Shown: positions 27,261 to 41,551 of the stretch, in pieces
How positions within the stretch are numbered: the stretch's first letter is position 1
Layout of the letters: every line of letters starts with the position of its first letter
The notes under the pieces: generated by a model
Told to the model about the DNA's origin: nothing
Databases searched by the model: none
The model's input: only the letters and a program-made list of their open reading frames with translations
DNA from: Octopus sinensis
Taxonomy: Eukaryota
Direction of reading: 5' to 3'
Length of the DNA stretch: 64,000 bases
NCBI RefSeq assembly: GCF_006345805.1
Contig: NC_043002.1
Location: 116,498,001-116,562,000, forward strand
Translations under genes and position numbers: made by a program

Positions 27261-30200
27261 TCTAGAACATCATTTATCCGATGTATTTTACCCTTTTAAA
27301 TGGAAATTCTATGTATATATATTGTACCCAGTAACCTTACACATCGATATATGCAGTATATAATAACTGAATGAAATCTGTTGCCGTTCTCATCTTTGAT
27401 CAAACAGATCATTAACGAAGGGGGTTCTAGCCTTGAAAATATTATCTTTCTCGGAGTATTTTGAATTACATTATATAACAAGTTCTTTCCTTTTCAAAAC
27501 AATAGGGATATAATTTAAGGGAACTGGCTGATATTTCTAGCTGGTTTAGTGTGTTGAATTACACGTATAATTTTGATAAAGTCATGCCATGACATAATCG
27601 GGGTTCAATGTAACATTCTTGATACTAAAAGGGTACTACTGCATGATAGTGTAATTATATATACGTGTAGTGTAGTAGTTACACTATCAATAGTACAACT
27701 ATATTCAATATAGAGTTGTTAGTTGTGTTACTTCAAAACTATTCATGTACAGTTATTGTTACAAAAAATCTTAGTAATTATCTTAATGTTATTGAGTATT
27801 GTGAACATACTACTACTACTACTACTGTAGTAAAATAGAAAGGCATCATCTATAGTTGAAAAGAGATTTATAAAATATATCTATTTCAAAATGAAAAATT
27901 GCTTCAAATTTAGGCAAAAGACCAACAATTCTGAAGGAAGATGTTACTCGGTACCTTCAGCCCCCAAAACTGACTCTTTATTTTATCGACAGCCGAATGA
28001 TGAATGGCAAAGTTGATAGCGGCAGGATTTGAACTCAGAATGTAAAGAGCCGGACTAAATACTGTAATATATTTTTCCAACGCTCTAACGATTCAGCCAG
28101 TCTACTACCCTTGCCTTACAGAATGCTAATAACAATCTAGTTGCGTATTGCTTGCTCTCTGCTTAACTTGGCTTTTAATCACAAACCTATCACTATCGAA
28201 ATTCTGTATGTTTACGTATTCAATTCTAACGTATAGTGCTTTTGATAATGTGCGCACAGCTATAACTTATATGTCACAGTGTTGTTGGCGCCAATAGCCA
28301 TAGTGTAAGCACCACGATAGCGTTGCAGTTTTATTTATGTTACAGAGAATAAAATTGTGTCTTACTTGTGAGAAAGAAATAGCTTCATAGAACTATCTTA
28401 CAAGAACAAATATTTTGCTAGGTTTTGCTGCAATAAACTTGTTGCTACAAGCTGAAAAAATAAAAATAAAAATGCAGTAATACGATTACAGAGTAATGTT
28501 GTGTTTTGCTACCGTAGTGGTAGACTTGCTGCTGTTAGGAAAGGATTGCTGCTGCAGCAGAGTTATTGCTATTGTAGCAGAGCTTCCATTCTTGTAGCAA
28601 TGTAGCTACTGTCGTTGCAGTAGTACTCCTACTACTGCAGCAGTACTGCATTATTTGTAGCAGTGTTGATACTACATCAGTATTAATGTTGCTGTGATAA
28701 TGAAACTATTGCTGCCGTTGTAGTGTTTTAAAATACATGTTGTAACTTAATTTATGTTATATTCATCGGGAGTCGATAAACACCGATGAGTACCAGTTAA
28801 ATACTAGGGTTGAATTTATCGACTATAATTGTTTTCCTCTAAATGTAATCATTGGATGACAGAATCGAACCCAGTCGGAGTCCACTTTGTATTCCATCAT
28901 TCAGGTGTCGAAATATAAGTATCATCTACTACTATTGTACCTGTGTTAAATATCATTTGGGCTATATTAAATATCATTTTGGGTGTCATTGCCTCATAAT
29001 GCCGTTATATTGCTAAAATGGCTGAAGGTTACTACCTCAGATTGGTCATATATATATCGGCCATAATGGATTTCCGGAAACTTCGTCCGTAAATAGAATC
29101 ATAGCTCCTTTATGCTATCTTGCTTAACTGATTTAAAAAAAAATTTTATGTTTTCAATTCTAAAAATTCGTTGTAATGTCCATATCTAATTTTATAATAT
29201 CTTGTATTCACAGAAATCCGAATTTATCGCCCAATCAAAGAAATGGAGGGATTCTCATTGCTGGAATGTTTTTGATAATGCATCTTATCTTATCTTTTAG
29301 AAGAGGAAAAACAGCGACCAAGACCCGTTGCAGGGTCTCCTGGATAAGTGAGAGGGAGAGAAGAATGTTTCCTCTAACCGGAAATTTGACCCGAATGTTT
29401 GTTGTTGAGTGGACTCCGCTAAAGGTATCCCAAAACGGGTTAAGTTTTTGACCAGCAGGCTATGGTGGCATTTGAGGAACAAGTATTTCAAGGTATGCGG
29501 TCCGACGTACTTACAGTAATGCTACTTCATCCCGCTTCTTGAGGTGATGCATTTTATCGACCCCGAAAGGATAAAACACAAAGTCGACCTCGGTGGGATT
29601 TGAAATCAAAACGCAGAAGTCAGAACGAATATAAGGTAGCATTCTGTCCAACACTACCACTCCGCCGTATCACGGTCCACATGAGCCGAATACATCAACA
29701 GTGACAATTATAAATTTATAGAATAAAAATGTAGTGAAATGAATTGAATCATAGCATTCTGGTGGTACAGATATTCGATCAAAGTCACCTGTATTTGATC
29801 GAATAAGTGACATTACCATTCTCTGCCATTATCTTACGGAATAAAGAAATCATTGAGCAATATATCCTTTTGAAGATATGAACCCACACCAAGCGTAATA
29901 TAATAAATTCTCAGCTATTCTAATGTTAGAAACCTACAAAAACCTAAAAGATTGGCAACCAGAAAATACAAGCCTTAAAGATTGAAATAATTTACATGAA
30001 ATCTACTTATTTTATCTACTGAAAATAGTATCCGAGATACATTCTGTTTTATTATATGATGTCCATTATAGATATAAATAAAGCCTGCTTGACTTCAGTT
30101 AGTGGAAGCACTCTCACGATTGAAAGGCTGTAAAGCAGGCAGAATACTTGACTAATCACAATAACATACAATGATGTTTAGCAGTCCCACCGATAAAAGT

Positions 30201-30275
30201 ATTTGCTGTCTCATAAACAAGATACCAAGGAAGAGAGGGAGAGAGAGAGAGAAAGAAAGAGAGAGAGAGAGAGAG

Positions 30276-30312
<37 letters not shown>

Positions 30313-32520
30313 AAGAAAGAAAGAGAGAGAGAGAAAGATGAGAGAGGTGGGGCAGAGAGCAATGGAGGGAGGAGATAGAGAATGCTAGATACTGAATAAT
30401 GGTTGTGTAAGTATGAGTGTGTATATGAATAAGTATGTATGTACATACGCGATTGTGTACCAAATCCCTCGACTTCTTACATTAATCAAAAACTAACTTT
30501 ATCGACTCAACGACCAGATCATGCTGTCCAAAGTATACTATGCCTGAATAATGTGGGTTAGAATGTCTTTGATCTTAGTTCAGTTTTAAGAAGTTTGACT
30601 TGTGTTGAACAACAACAATCATAAAATTTTAGTGTAAGGGTGGAGTCTGTCGAATCGTTTCATGGTATATATATATATATATATATACTAATAGTATGGT
30701 TTTGGATAATTTATTTTCATAATTAGCTTTGGCTTGTGAGAAACATACACTCTCACATACATACATACATACATACATACATACATACATACATACATAC
30801 ATACATACATACATACATACATACATACGTCCGTCCATCCATCTATATACACACATATAAGGTTTCTTGAATAAATCTGCATTTTGGTTCTGTGCACACA
30901 CACAAGTACGCGCGCGCACACACATAGGCACCCCCCACAACACCCCACCCCCACACACTCAGACACACATACACCACGTACGTGCATACACACACAGCAC
31001 AAATGCAATTGGGGTGATGTTATAAAAATCTACTAGGATATTTTAAATATAATTGCGTTCTCCAGAAAAGTTATATATGTATATAAAAATATATTTTGGA
31101 GGAAATATATGAAAGTAGCTCAAGATTAAATTTCCTTTTAAACCTAATTATATTTTGCTTATTATGTTTTTTTTAGTAAGATGAGTGCTGCGATAGACGA
31201 AGAGTAGCATCTTGTATTTTAAATCAATAACAACCGATGCATTAGTATGCAACCAATGTACTTCTAAATAATAGCACTTTTCTAGGCCAATCTCTTTTTT
31301 ACTATCAGAATGCATCATTTGTATGAAACTGAAAGTCAATCCCCCAAAAAACAAACAAAAAAAATTTATATTATCCGGACTACCCATTTGACATTCGTAA
31401 CTGTCGTGTGTGTTACACCATTTCACCATGTGTTATAAAAATATCGAATTACTTTTTCAGGAAACAATGCACCATTTGGAAGGAGAAAGGGATAAATTTT
31501 AATGATTCGATCATAATGTAGCATTGGTAGTTATGTCATTCTGAGCAAATGATGTAATATTGAGGATTGTGTTTTTGTATAAAATATAAGGCACAGTTTT
31601 AGCTGCTCCGTGTTATCTCTTAGCCTGCTTTATAAGGGATTATTCAAGCTAAATAAGGTTAAAGCGATGGAAAAAACTTACTGTGAAATAATTTTTCTTC
31701 AAATTTGATACATAATATATTAATTCTATTGCCATAAACTTCATCGGTTCGACATTTAGAACTCAAGCACCTACTTTTTAAAACAAATACTTATGATTAA
31801 AGATACAAAAATAAATTTCAGATATGAAAATCCGCATCCCCAAAAATGTGTATACAATGTATTCTTTGATTTTCAGGAGGTTTAATTGTATTGTTTTCCT
31901 AGCAAGTCAACTGACCAAATAAAGTCCTTGCAGTGACCTATGAGTTGAGTTTTACATAATATTTTAGTATTAGACTCAGTCTTGCTTTTATTGGTGATAG
32001 AGAGCGTACGACAAATTATTGTATGATCGAGTATTATCATGGAGTATGTAGCGGCAAGCTAATACTAATTCCGTTCTTTCATTTAGAATTAAGGGCCGCT
32101 AGATAATGATATAATATTCTTTTCTGTAAGGTATAGATCGCTGTCATTTCTAAATGATGTTCTTTCCAAGATTGCTCATGTAATATTTGCCTTTCTTCCA
32201 GTCATCTCTCGAGTGTCAAATATATTTCGAGAATACAATATTCTTTTATAAGTAGTAAAGGCGTAATGAAGTAGTGCTGCAGGGGCACTATGTAAATTCT
32301 ACATAACTAGTCGGATTGATTTTTTTTAGAGATACCAAACGTTACAACTTTCGGGTGCATCTCTAAATTCCTTATTATGAAATGCGATCGGATTATGACC
32401 TCGAATGCTGTTGAAAACATTTAGCCAGTAGACATTTTTCTTTTGATATATTCATGAATACACCTCAGGCCAAACGATGTTGGACGAAATCTTTTTTGTT
32501 ATATGTACAAGTATAGTAGT

Positions 32521-32822
32521 GAAGGCGCGTGGCTTAGTGGTTAGGGTATTGGGAGCACAATCGTAAGGTCGTCAGTTCAATTCCCGTCAAGACACTTTAT
32601 TTCATGGATCTCCAGTGCACTCAGCTGGCAAAAATGAGTATTGGCTGTATTTCAAAGGGCCGGCCTTGTCACATTCTGTGTTACACTTAATCTCCCTGAA
32701 AACTACGTTAAGGGTACACGGATCTGTGGAGTACTCAGCCACTTGCAAGTTAATTTCACAAGCAGGTTGTTCCGTTGATTAGATCACCTGGAACCCTCGT
32801 CGTCGTAACTGACGGAGTGCCA
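32521..32822 (+). mobile_element. Third-family tRNA SINE, near full length
   Basis: A box tggcttagtgg and B box agttcaattcc; a head-only copy lies on the minus strand at ~63360-63510. Confidence 0.8.
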
Positions 32823-33335
32823 GAAGAAGACAAGTATAGTAGGCTCTACGATATATAATATATTATATATTATTCATCAATATTTACTGAGTATAAGGTG
32901 GCGAGTTGGTTGCATCGTTAGAACACCGGGCGAGCTCTTCGTCCGTCGTTACAGGAATTGACTTTGCTTTCCATGCTTTCAAATCCAACAAAATAAGTAT
33001 CAGCTGAGCAGTGGGGTCAATTTAATCAATTTAATACCTCTTCCAAAATTGCTGGCCTTGTGCCGAAATTTGAAACATATTATTGCGACGTATTATTTAT
33101 GCAGCTTTGGCTGAAACTTAAATTTTATTACACTTCTACAAATACAAATATATATTGAATTGAATTGAATTCAAAACGGCAAGATAGCAACAACAGTTAG
33201 GTAACATTAAGATGTACGCACATATACATTTACTTGGCAATGTATAAACAATGTTGTTACTGTGTTATAGATAATTAAATGAAAGAAAACGACTGCCTTT
33301 TTCTAACTGAAAATAAACAATAAAAAAGAACTTAC

Positions 33336-33462
33336 CCACGTCATAACGACCACCCTGTCTACCTACAATATACCTACTTTCATTCAGAACACAAGAAGAC
33401 ATCCAGCTTCAAGAAAAATCTGAACTCTTGCCATTTTGAATAAATAAGACGTTAAAGTGGTG
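33336..33462 (-). other. Candidate internal exon (5' UTR or first coding exon)
   Basis: Acceptor gtatttttcag| and donor GG|gtaagt. It holds a uORF (MARVQIFLEAGCLLVF*) and an ATG open to a phase-1 donor (MSSCVLNESRYIVGRQGGRYDV). Confidence 0.3.
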
Positions 33463-34118
33463 CTGAAAAATACAACCGACCATATAATGGGACATATGTT
33501 CACTTATAAGATTGTCCTGTATTTACTTTCAAAGATGTGAAGCTCTTAATATCAAAACTGCCATTTCATGTGGCGATAAAATACTGATTTCATTACTTTC
33601 ATGTACTGAGTGAGAGAAAATTATATTAGTCCAACAGGCTATATTATTCTTTGTAACAAAGTAATTGCGCATAAACAACAAATTCAGAAGTACAAGAAGA
33701 TTCTCTGTGTGTGTATACATACATATACATATGTATATATATATATATATATATACTATATATATACACATATATACGTGTGTATGTATGTATGTGTGTC
33801 TGTATATATATATATATAATATATATATATATATATAATAAATATATATATATAATATAATATATAATACATACATACATATATATACACACACACACAC
33901 ATATATATATACATATATAACCAAAACCCAGCATGGCAGTGTGATTGAGAAGTTCACATTTCAACCACGTGGTTTCGGGTTCGGTTTCACAACGCAGTGC
34001 AAGCGTCTCCCGTTACAATACCTGGCCTATCAAAAAGTTGTAAGAGAATTAAGCTGACGGAAGCTATTGGGAAGCTTGAATTATATGCGAATGCATATAT
34101 ATATAAATGTATATATAT

Positions 34119-34154
<36 letters not shown>

Positions 34155-34171
34155 GTATATGTATGTATGTA

Positions 34172-34328
<157 letters not shown>

Positions 34329-34490
34329 TATAAACAGCTGTGCATGTGATACCATAAAGGAAACGTTCAATCGTCACTAGGTGTGACTAAGCAAGTCGAC
34401 ACACCTACATAGCTAGAAATAAGGGTTAAAATACTCTTAATGCTGTAGGACGAGCGTAGACATATGTGCTGACATCATACCGTTTCGAAA

Positions 34491-34545
34491 ATCCTCAGTC
34501 TAGACGTTTAGTTTCGTCTATCCCGTAGACGTCTTCAGTGAGAAC
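34491..34545 (-). ncRNA. Type I hammerhead-like motif with U16.1 changed to A
   Basis: UUCUCA-CUGAAGA-C-GUCUA cggga UAGAC-GAAA-CUA aacguc UAG-AC-UGAGGA; all three stems pair. Confidence 0.55.
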
Positions 34546-35139
34546 CTATCGAACGGCACATGTTCGGCTAATCCCGCCTGTCAATATATGAAGGAAACAA
34601 AATATGAAGAGAGATGAAGGAACAATAAGCAAGTTTCACGATCGGAGAGAATGGAAAAGTTTTCGACGCCTCGAGCCTACGCTCTTCGACAGAAAGGGTT
34701 GAGAGAGAAAAAAAAAAGGAGAGAAAACGAATAAAAAAAACACGGAGAGAGAAAAAAATTTATAAGGATTAAGGGCATATGTCTGTGTTGACAACCGATA
34801 CTTTTTGTTTATGTCCCCGTGCAGTTCGGCAATAAGAGGCCGATAGAACAAGTATCAAGCATTGAAATATATATTAATTCCATCGCTTTTCTTTTGCATA
34901 TCCACTGAATTGTAGGGACGTATTTGCACACCCATTGCCAAGTACTGGGAGAACAAACTCAAGCAAAGATGTACACATCACATATACGACGGGTATCCGT
35001 GCATTTTCCATCTAAAAAATCTATTCACATGCCATTGGTTGACAATTGCCTAAAATGCTAGTCGGAGGGACTGTTACTCGAAATCCAAAACGAGGTGGTT
35101 GCGAAGTAAACTTTTAACCAGAGAACCATACCTCTGTCT

Positions 35140-35238
<99 letters not shown>

Positions 35239-35339
35239 TTATCTATCTATTTATCTATCTATCTGTTTGTCTATACATACATACATATATACATACATAT
35301 GTATGTATGCGTGTGTGTATGTGTGTGTGTATTCTTTTA

Positions 35340-35580
35340 TTATTTCATCTGTCTCAGTCATGTGACTGCAGCCGTGCTGGAGCACCGCCTTGAAAGATTT
35401 TAGTCGAAGAAATTGACCCTAGGACTTATTTTTAAGTCTAGTACATATTCTAGTACTTTGCCGAACTGTTAAGTCATGAGGACGTAAACACACCAACACC
35501 GGTTGTCAAGCGGTGATGGGGATCAAATACAAAAACACATACGCACACACACACATATATATACATACATACATATACGC

Positions 35581-35613
<33 letters not shown>

Positions 35614-35654
35614 TGTATGTATGTATGTTTGTATGTATATATATATATATATAT

Positions 35655-35708
<54 letters not shown>

Positions 35709-35715
35709 TATATAT

Positions 35716-35747
<32 letters not shown>

Positions 35748-35805
35748 TATATATATATGCATACATATATACATATATATATATATGTATATATATATAT
35801 AAGTA

Positions 35806-35868
<63 letters not shown>

Positions 35869-35985
35869 GGCGGGCTTCTCTCAGTTTCCTTCTACCAAAT
35901 CCACTCACAAGTCTTTGGTCTGACCGAGGAAATGGTAGAAGATACATGTCCAAGGTGCCACGCAGTGGGACTGAACCTGGAACAA
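35340..35985 (-). mobile_element. OK-like SINE with expanded microsatellite
   Basis: Tail and body are homologous to the other copies. Confidence 0.8.
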
Positions 35986-36014
35986 TTATTATTGTTGTTG
36001 TTGTTATTAATATT

Positions 36015-36597
36015 TTGTTTGACTTTTGCTTTACATTTGTACAAGTTGGCTCCAAGTCTCACCCAGAGGCCTCAAGAGACAACAAGTTGGAAGTTCATGC
36101 TGGTGTTATGCCTAGGGTGCCATAAATTTGGTTTTGTACATAGTGTTGTTCTAGAGAATGTTTAAGAAACCATGAGAAAATTGTTTGTTTTAAAACTTGA
36201 GATTTTATAGAAAGTATTTTGTGTAGGATATGAACAGTTCCCATGAGCATTATCTTTTGAATTTCTGCCATTTTGGGGTTTCCTGGTGTCTGAGCTAGGT
36301 AGCAATCAGCCCCTTTTGCTATCATTCCCAGGGCACCTATGACAACGGGTATTGTTTTAGTCATCAGGTTCCACATTTTGCTAATTTCTATTTCAAGATC
36401 TTTATATTTTCTCAGTTTCTGGTAGGTCTTGACAGATACGTTTATATTGATTGGGACAATCATATCAATGTGGGGGCATGATTTTTGTCTGAAGTCTTTC
36501 AATATGATGTCTGGCCTATTCGCGGCTATCTTTCTGTCAGTTTGAATAGTGAAGTTCCAGAGGAGTGAGATGTGATTATTTTCAAGCACTGGAGATG
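36015..36597 (-). mobile_element. Dong/R4-type LINE 3' end
   Basis: LLWNFTIQTDRKIAANRPDIIL...KYKDLEIE...ILS, the same 3' UTR as 8430-8636, ending in an (AAT/AAC)n tail. Confidence 0.9.
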
Positions 36598-36639
36598 GTT
36601 TATATTCCCACAGTTTATATATATAATATATATATATCT

Positions 36640-36726
<87 letters not shown>

Positions 36727-36727
36727 G

Positions 36728-39288
36728 TGCGAACCCCACGTACCCCCACCATTTACTTCCTCCCCCAAATCCACAAACCCAACAACCCTGGCCGCCCATC
36801 GTTCCGCCTGTAACTGCCCCACGGAGCTCATCTCTAATACCTCGACCGTGTCCTTGCTCCCCTAGTGGCATCTCTTCCCTCCCACATCCACGATACCAAC
36901 CATGCTCTCCGGCTTTTCAACTCTTTCTCCTTTCCTCCCGGCTCCTCCAAAATCCTTTTTACTATGGACATCCAAAGCCTCTATACTGTTATCCCTCACC
37001 ACGAAGGACTGCAGGCCCTTCGACACTTTCTTGACCTCCGCTCTAACCCTGTACCTGACACCTCCACACTCATTCGTCTGGCCGAACTTGTCCTTACTCT
37101 GAACTGCTTCTCGTTTCGCGGCGAGTTCTACCATCAGGTCTCGGGAGTGGCCATGGGAACGCGAATGGCCCCAACGGCGAACCTGTTCGTTGGCTATGTT
37201 GAGGCCCAAATATTCTCTAATTTCACTGGTCCCACTCCTGAACTATATGGTCGTTACATTGACGACATTATCGGTGCCACCTCACTCTCCGCGAACATCT
37301 AGATTCCTTCCTCTCTTTCGTCCAATCTTTCCATCCAGCCCTCCACTTCACTTCCACTATCTCCAACACCTCTGTCTCCTTCCTCGACATTTCGTTAGCA
37401 TTCTTCCACTCCACTCTTACCACCTCCATTCACTACAAACACACAGACTCACACTCATACCTCAACTTCTCTTCCTCCCACCCAGAACACACCAAGCTTT
37501 CCATCCCCTATTCCCAATTCCCCCGTCTACGTAGGCTCTGTAGTGACGACCATGACTTTGAGACTCAGTCTCAACGTATGGCTCACCACTTCACCCTACG
37601 TGGATACCCCCTCACCACTATCCACACCGCCCTTGCCAGAGCACGGTCCGTGGACCGTGTATCTGCCCTCTCTCCCCGAACCCGCCCTGTAGTCTCCCGC
37701 CTCCCCTTTCCCTCACTTACCACCCCTCGACCCTACGTCTCCAACGCACCATTCTTCGAGCTTTCCGTCATCTCCAGTCCGACCCGTCCACTTCACAACC
37801 TCTTCCCTAACCGACCCCTCCCCTCTTCAGACGAGCCCACAACCTTCGAGACCTTTTGGTCCATAGCTCCTTCCTGACCCTACCTACCCCACCCTCCCAC
37901 CCGGCTGTTCCCTGCTCCCGCCACGTTGCCGCACTTGCCCTTACCTCTCCAACACCACCCGCCCACTAGCACCCACCATCGACCCTATCCCATCATCCAC
38001 TCCTTCACCTGCACCTCCAGCAATATTATCTATTGCATCTCTTGCTCTCTCTGCAATTCCTTGTAACATCGGACAAACGGACGCCGCTTGGCTGACCGGT
38101 TCGCGAACACCTTCGTGACATCCACCTTGCGAACGACACACGGTCTCACGCATTTCCGCTCCACCGGTCACTCCTTGCAACACCTATCTGTGTTCGGTTT
38201 GTCCTTACACGAGGCCATCCGGATTCCCGTTTGCGCCGTGAACAGGAATTAATCTCTCTCTTCGCTCTTATACGCCATTTGGTCTCAACTCTCCCCCCCT
38301 CCTCATCTAACCCCCCTCTCCCCCCTTCTCACCTATCCTTTCCCCCCCGACCCCTACTTCTTCAGTCCTTCATCCTTTCACCCCTACTCCCCTTCCCTTC
38401 TTCCCTCTTTCTCCCTCCCTCCTTCCCTCTTCCCTTCCCCTGCCCTCTGCTCCCTCACTCCCTCTCTCCCCTTCTCTCTCCCCCTCTCTCTCTTTCCTCC
38501 CCTCCCCCTCCTCCCCTTCCTTCTCCCCCATCCTCTCCTCTTCCCCCTCTCCTCCCCCTCCTTCTTCCCCTCCCCTTCTCCCTCCCCCTCTTCTCCTCAC
38601 TCCACACCACACGACTTACACATCACATCATATATGATGTGCCATACTAATACATACCCAACTAATACATACTAATACCTACTAATACATACTAATACAT
38701 ACACCAACCCTATACATACACACGTCCAGACCCCGCATACGCACTTATACTCTCTCATACACACACACACACACTATACATACTAATACGTACTAATACA
38801 TACTAATACATACTAATACATACACCACCCCATACATACGCACGTCCAGACCAATCCTACGCACTAATACTCTCATACACACACACACACACAACACACC
38901 CTTATACATACTAATGCATACACCAACCCTATACATACACACGTCCAGACCCCTCCTACGCACTATTAGCTGGTCCTTCAACCCTATTATCAACCCTATT
39001 ATCAACCCTATTATCTCCCCTTATTTCGCTATCGCGTCTCATGTTTGATCTTTGACCTCTGGCCGAAATCAGATCGCCATGTTGATTCGTTAGCTACTGC
39101 ACGCATTTTTTTTCTCTCCTTCTTTCTGTGTTTTTTTTCTCTCTGTGTATCTTTCTGTTGAAGAGCGTAGGCTCGAAACGTTAAAGACTTGTTTTATTTA
39201 TATTTCCTGAGCGCCATACTAATACAATTGTTTGTTTGTTTTCCACCTGCCTTCGTCTTTTGTCTATTTTCATAAAGCTTCCCGTTAT
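36728..39288 (+). mobile_element. 5'-truncated Penelope-like element (Neptune-like Cys linker) with long 3' tail
   Basis: IHKPNNPGRP, TMDIQSLYT, GVAMGTRMAP, YGRYIDD, a CRTC linker and CTSSNIIYCISC GIY-YIG. These are followed by a pyrimidine tract, a minisatellite and a hammerhead-like motif. Confidence 0.9.
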
Positions 39289-39311
39289 ATATATATATAT
39301 ATTATATATTA

Positions 39312-39362
<51 letters not shown>

Positions 39363-39366
<4 letters not shown>

Positions 39367-39525
39367 ATATTGGCAGGGGGCGAGACTGCTAGGTAGTCGG
39401 CCGTATGCTAGAAATAGATCATCAACGATCAAACTACAAAGGAAATTCCTCTGTAGTTTGATCGTTGATGATTTATTTCTAGCATACGGCCGACTATCTA
39501 GCAGTCTCGCCCTGCCAATATACAC
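39363..39525. mobile_element. ~160-nt near-perfect hairpin element (MITE-like)
   Basis: gtgtatattggcaggg...caaactaca / tgtagtttg...ccctgccaatatacac; arms of ~70 nt, embedded in TA/TG repeats. Confidence 0.85.
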
Positions 39526-41026
39526 ATATATTAGAATTTTCTCTGACTTCTCAGATTTTTTGTATGCTGGACTACTGGTTTTAAATTGATATTAAAATTA
39601 ATATTAATTTATCTCCCTCATTATTTAAATTATATATATATATATATATGAAAAAAATATATATGTATATACACAACGGGCTTCTTTCAGTTTCCTTCTA
39701 CCAAAGCCACTCACATGTCTTTGGTCTGCCCGAGGATATAGAAGAAGACATATGTCCAAGGTGCCACGCAGTGGGACAGAACCTGGAACCATGTTGTTGG
39801 GAAGCAATCATCTTACCTACGTTTGACATACCAATGATATTTCAAATATAGCTGTTTGAATAATCCTCACATACCACCATAATAACAAATCATAACAATA
39901 TAGTTATACAATGCAAGTATACAAAACATGAGACTCATCTTAAGAGGGGAGTTTTTGATAATGTACATTCGAAATCTAAACGGCCCTTATGAAGAAAAAA
40001 GAAAAAGAAAGGAGAACCAATAAAAGAAAGGAAAGAAAAAGGAAAAATAGGCGAGAGTTTTTGGAATTGTGTAGGAAAACAACTGTTGTTAATGAAGTGT
40101 TAGTGTTGATGAATGTTGGAATTTTTCTGAAATATTCGACCATACTTTAGTGTATGACAAACCTCTAATGCAAAGAATAAAATTTATTAGCTGATGTTGC
40201 TTTGGAATAACAATAAATATCGATGGGATACAAGAATTCCCCATTTGTAATTATTTTCCAAGATTGCAAATGTGTCCATTAGAACGTTATTCTTTGCCGA
40301 GACGCAGAGTTAGCTCCTTCTGAACCATTAATCAACCAAATGATTTATCAATTTTTGTTCCTCACATTACAAATGTTTTTGTCAGGGCACGAAATATATT
40401 TCCACATTTCGAAACTATTTATTAAAGTTGATACTTCATCAATAATAGTCGCCCTTGTTCACGTGTTGTTTTGCGCGTGTTATTGCGAGATGGAAATATC
40501 ACACTGATTTGTATATGAAGAGACAAAGATATCGTAGTATTACCTAGATAAATATGTGACTGCAATCAATCAATCTCGGAACACTGTTAATTAATCATAT
40601 CGTGATGTGCTTGTTACATTGTTAGCATTTTTCAGTTCTTTGAAATAGGAAGCATGAACATTTTGAAAAGTGTCAAGAGTAGGAATTCGAAATTTCATTT
40701 GAACTAAATTGAAAGGAGACATACAAGGAAATGTGAGTCTGATCAAAAGATTGGTATATGTTTCAGTGTTATTAAACCTCCTCAAATAAGTATAGTTAAC
40801 ACACAACTACTACACTCTAGAATAACTAGAGAGGTATATAGTTTATAGAAAGAAAATAATTCAATAATTTAAAATTGCATAAAACTTCCCACTGGTGCCT
40901 TCTGCATGAAGAATATGTAGATAAGTGCGGGCAGAAAAGAAAGTGAGTAAAATTCCAATGAAAATATCTCTCTTCGTGTAGTTCCTCTACGTAGTAATAG
41001 ATTACAGTTAGTAAATATAGGAAGAT

Positions 41027-41126
41027 NNNNNNNNNNNNNNNNNNNNNNNNNNNNNNNNNNNNNNNNNNNNNNNNNNNNNNNNNNNNNNNNNNNNNNNNNN
41101 NNNNNNNNNNNNNNNNNNNNNNNNNN
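41027..41126. other. Assembly gap (100 N)
   Basis: Run of n. Confidence 1.
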
Positions 41127-41490
41127 ATGTATTTATGCATGTATGTATGTTTGTATGTATGTATGTATGTATGTATGTGTGTGTCTGTGTATGTATGTAT
41201 GTATGTATGTATTTATGCATGTATGTATGTATGTATGTATGTATGTATGTATGTATCTATGTATGTATGTATGTATGTATCTATCAATCTATCTGTTTGT
41301 TTGTCTCTCTGTCTGTCTGAGTGTCTATGTATCTATGTATCCATCTGTCAGTCAGTTTGTACGTCTGTATGTAAATATGAATATGTATATGGTGATGATG
41401 ATGATATATATATATATATATATATATAAAGTATGTAGATACAAACATACATTCTTACATAGTTATACATATATAAGGAAATACGTATTT

Positions 41491-41551
<61 letters not shown>

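Noticed and set aside
28480-28740. CAG/CTA-rich low-complexity tract resembling a second mucin exon
   Set aside because: Multiple stops in the frames examined; a decayed trinucleotide repeat.
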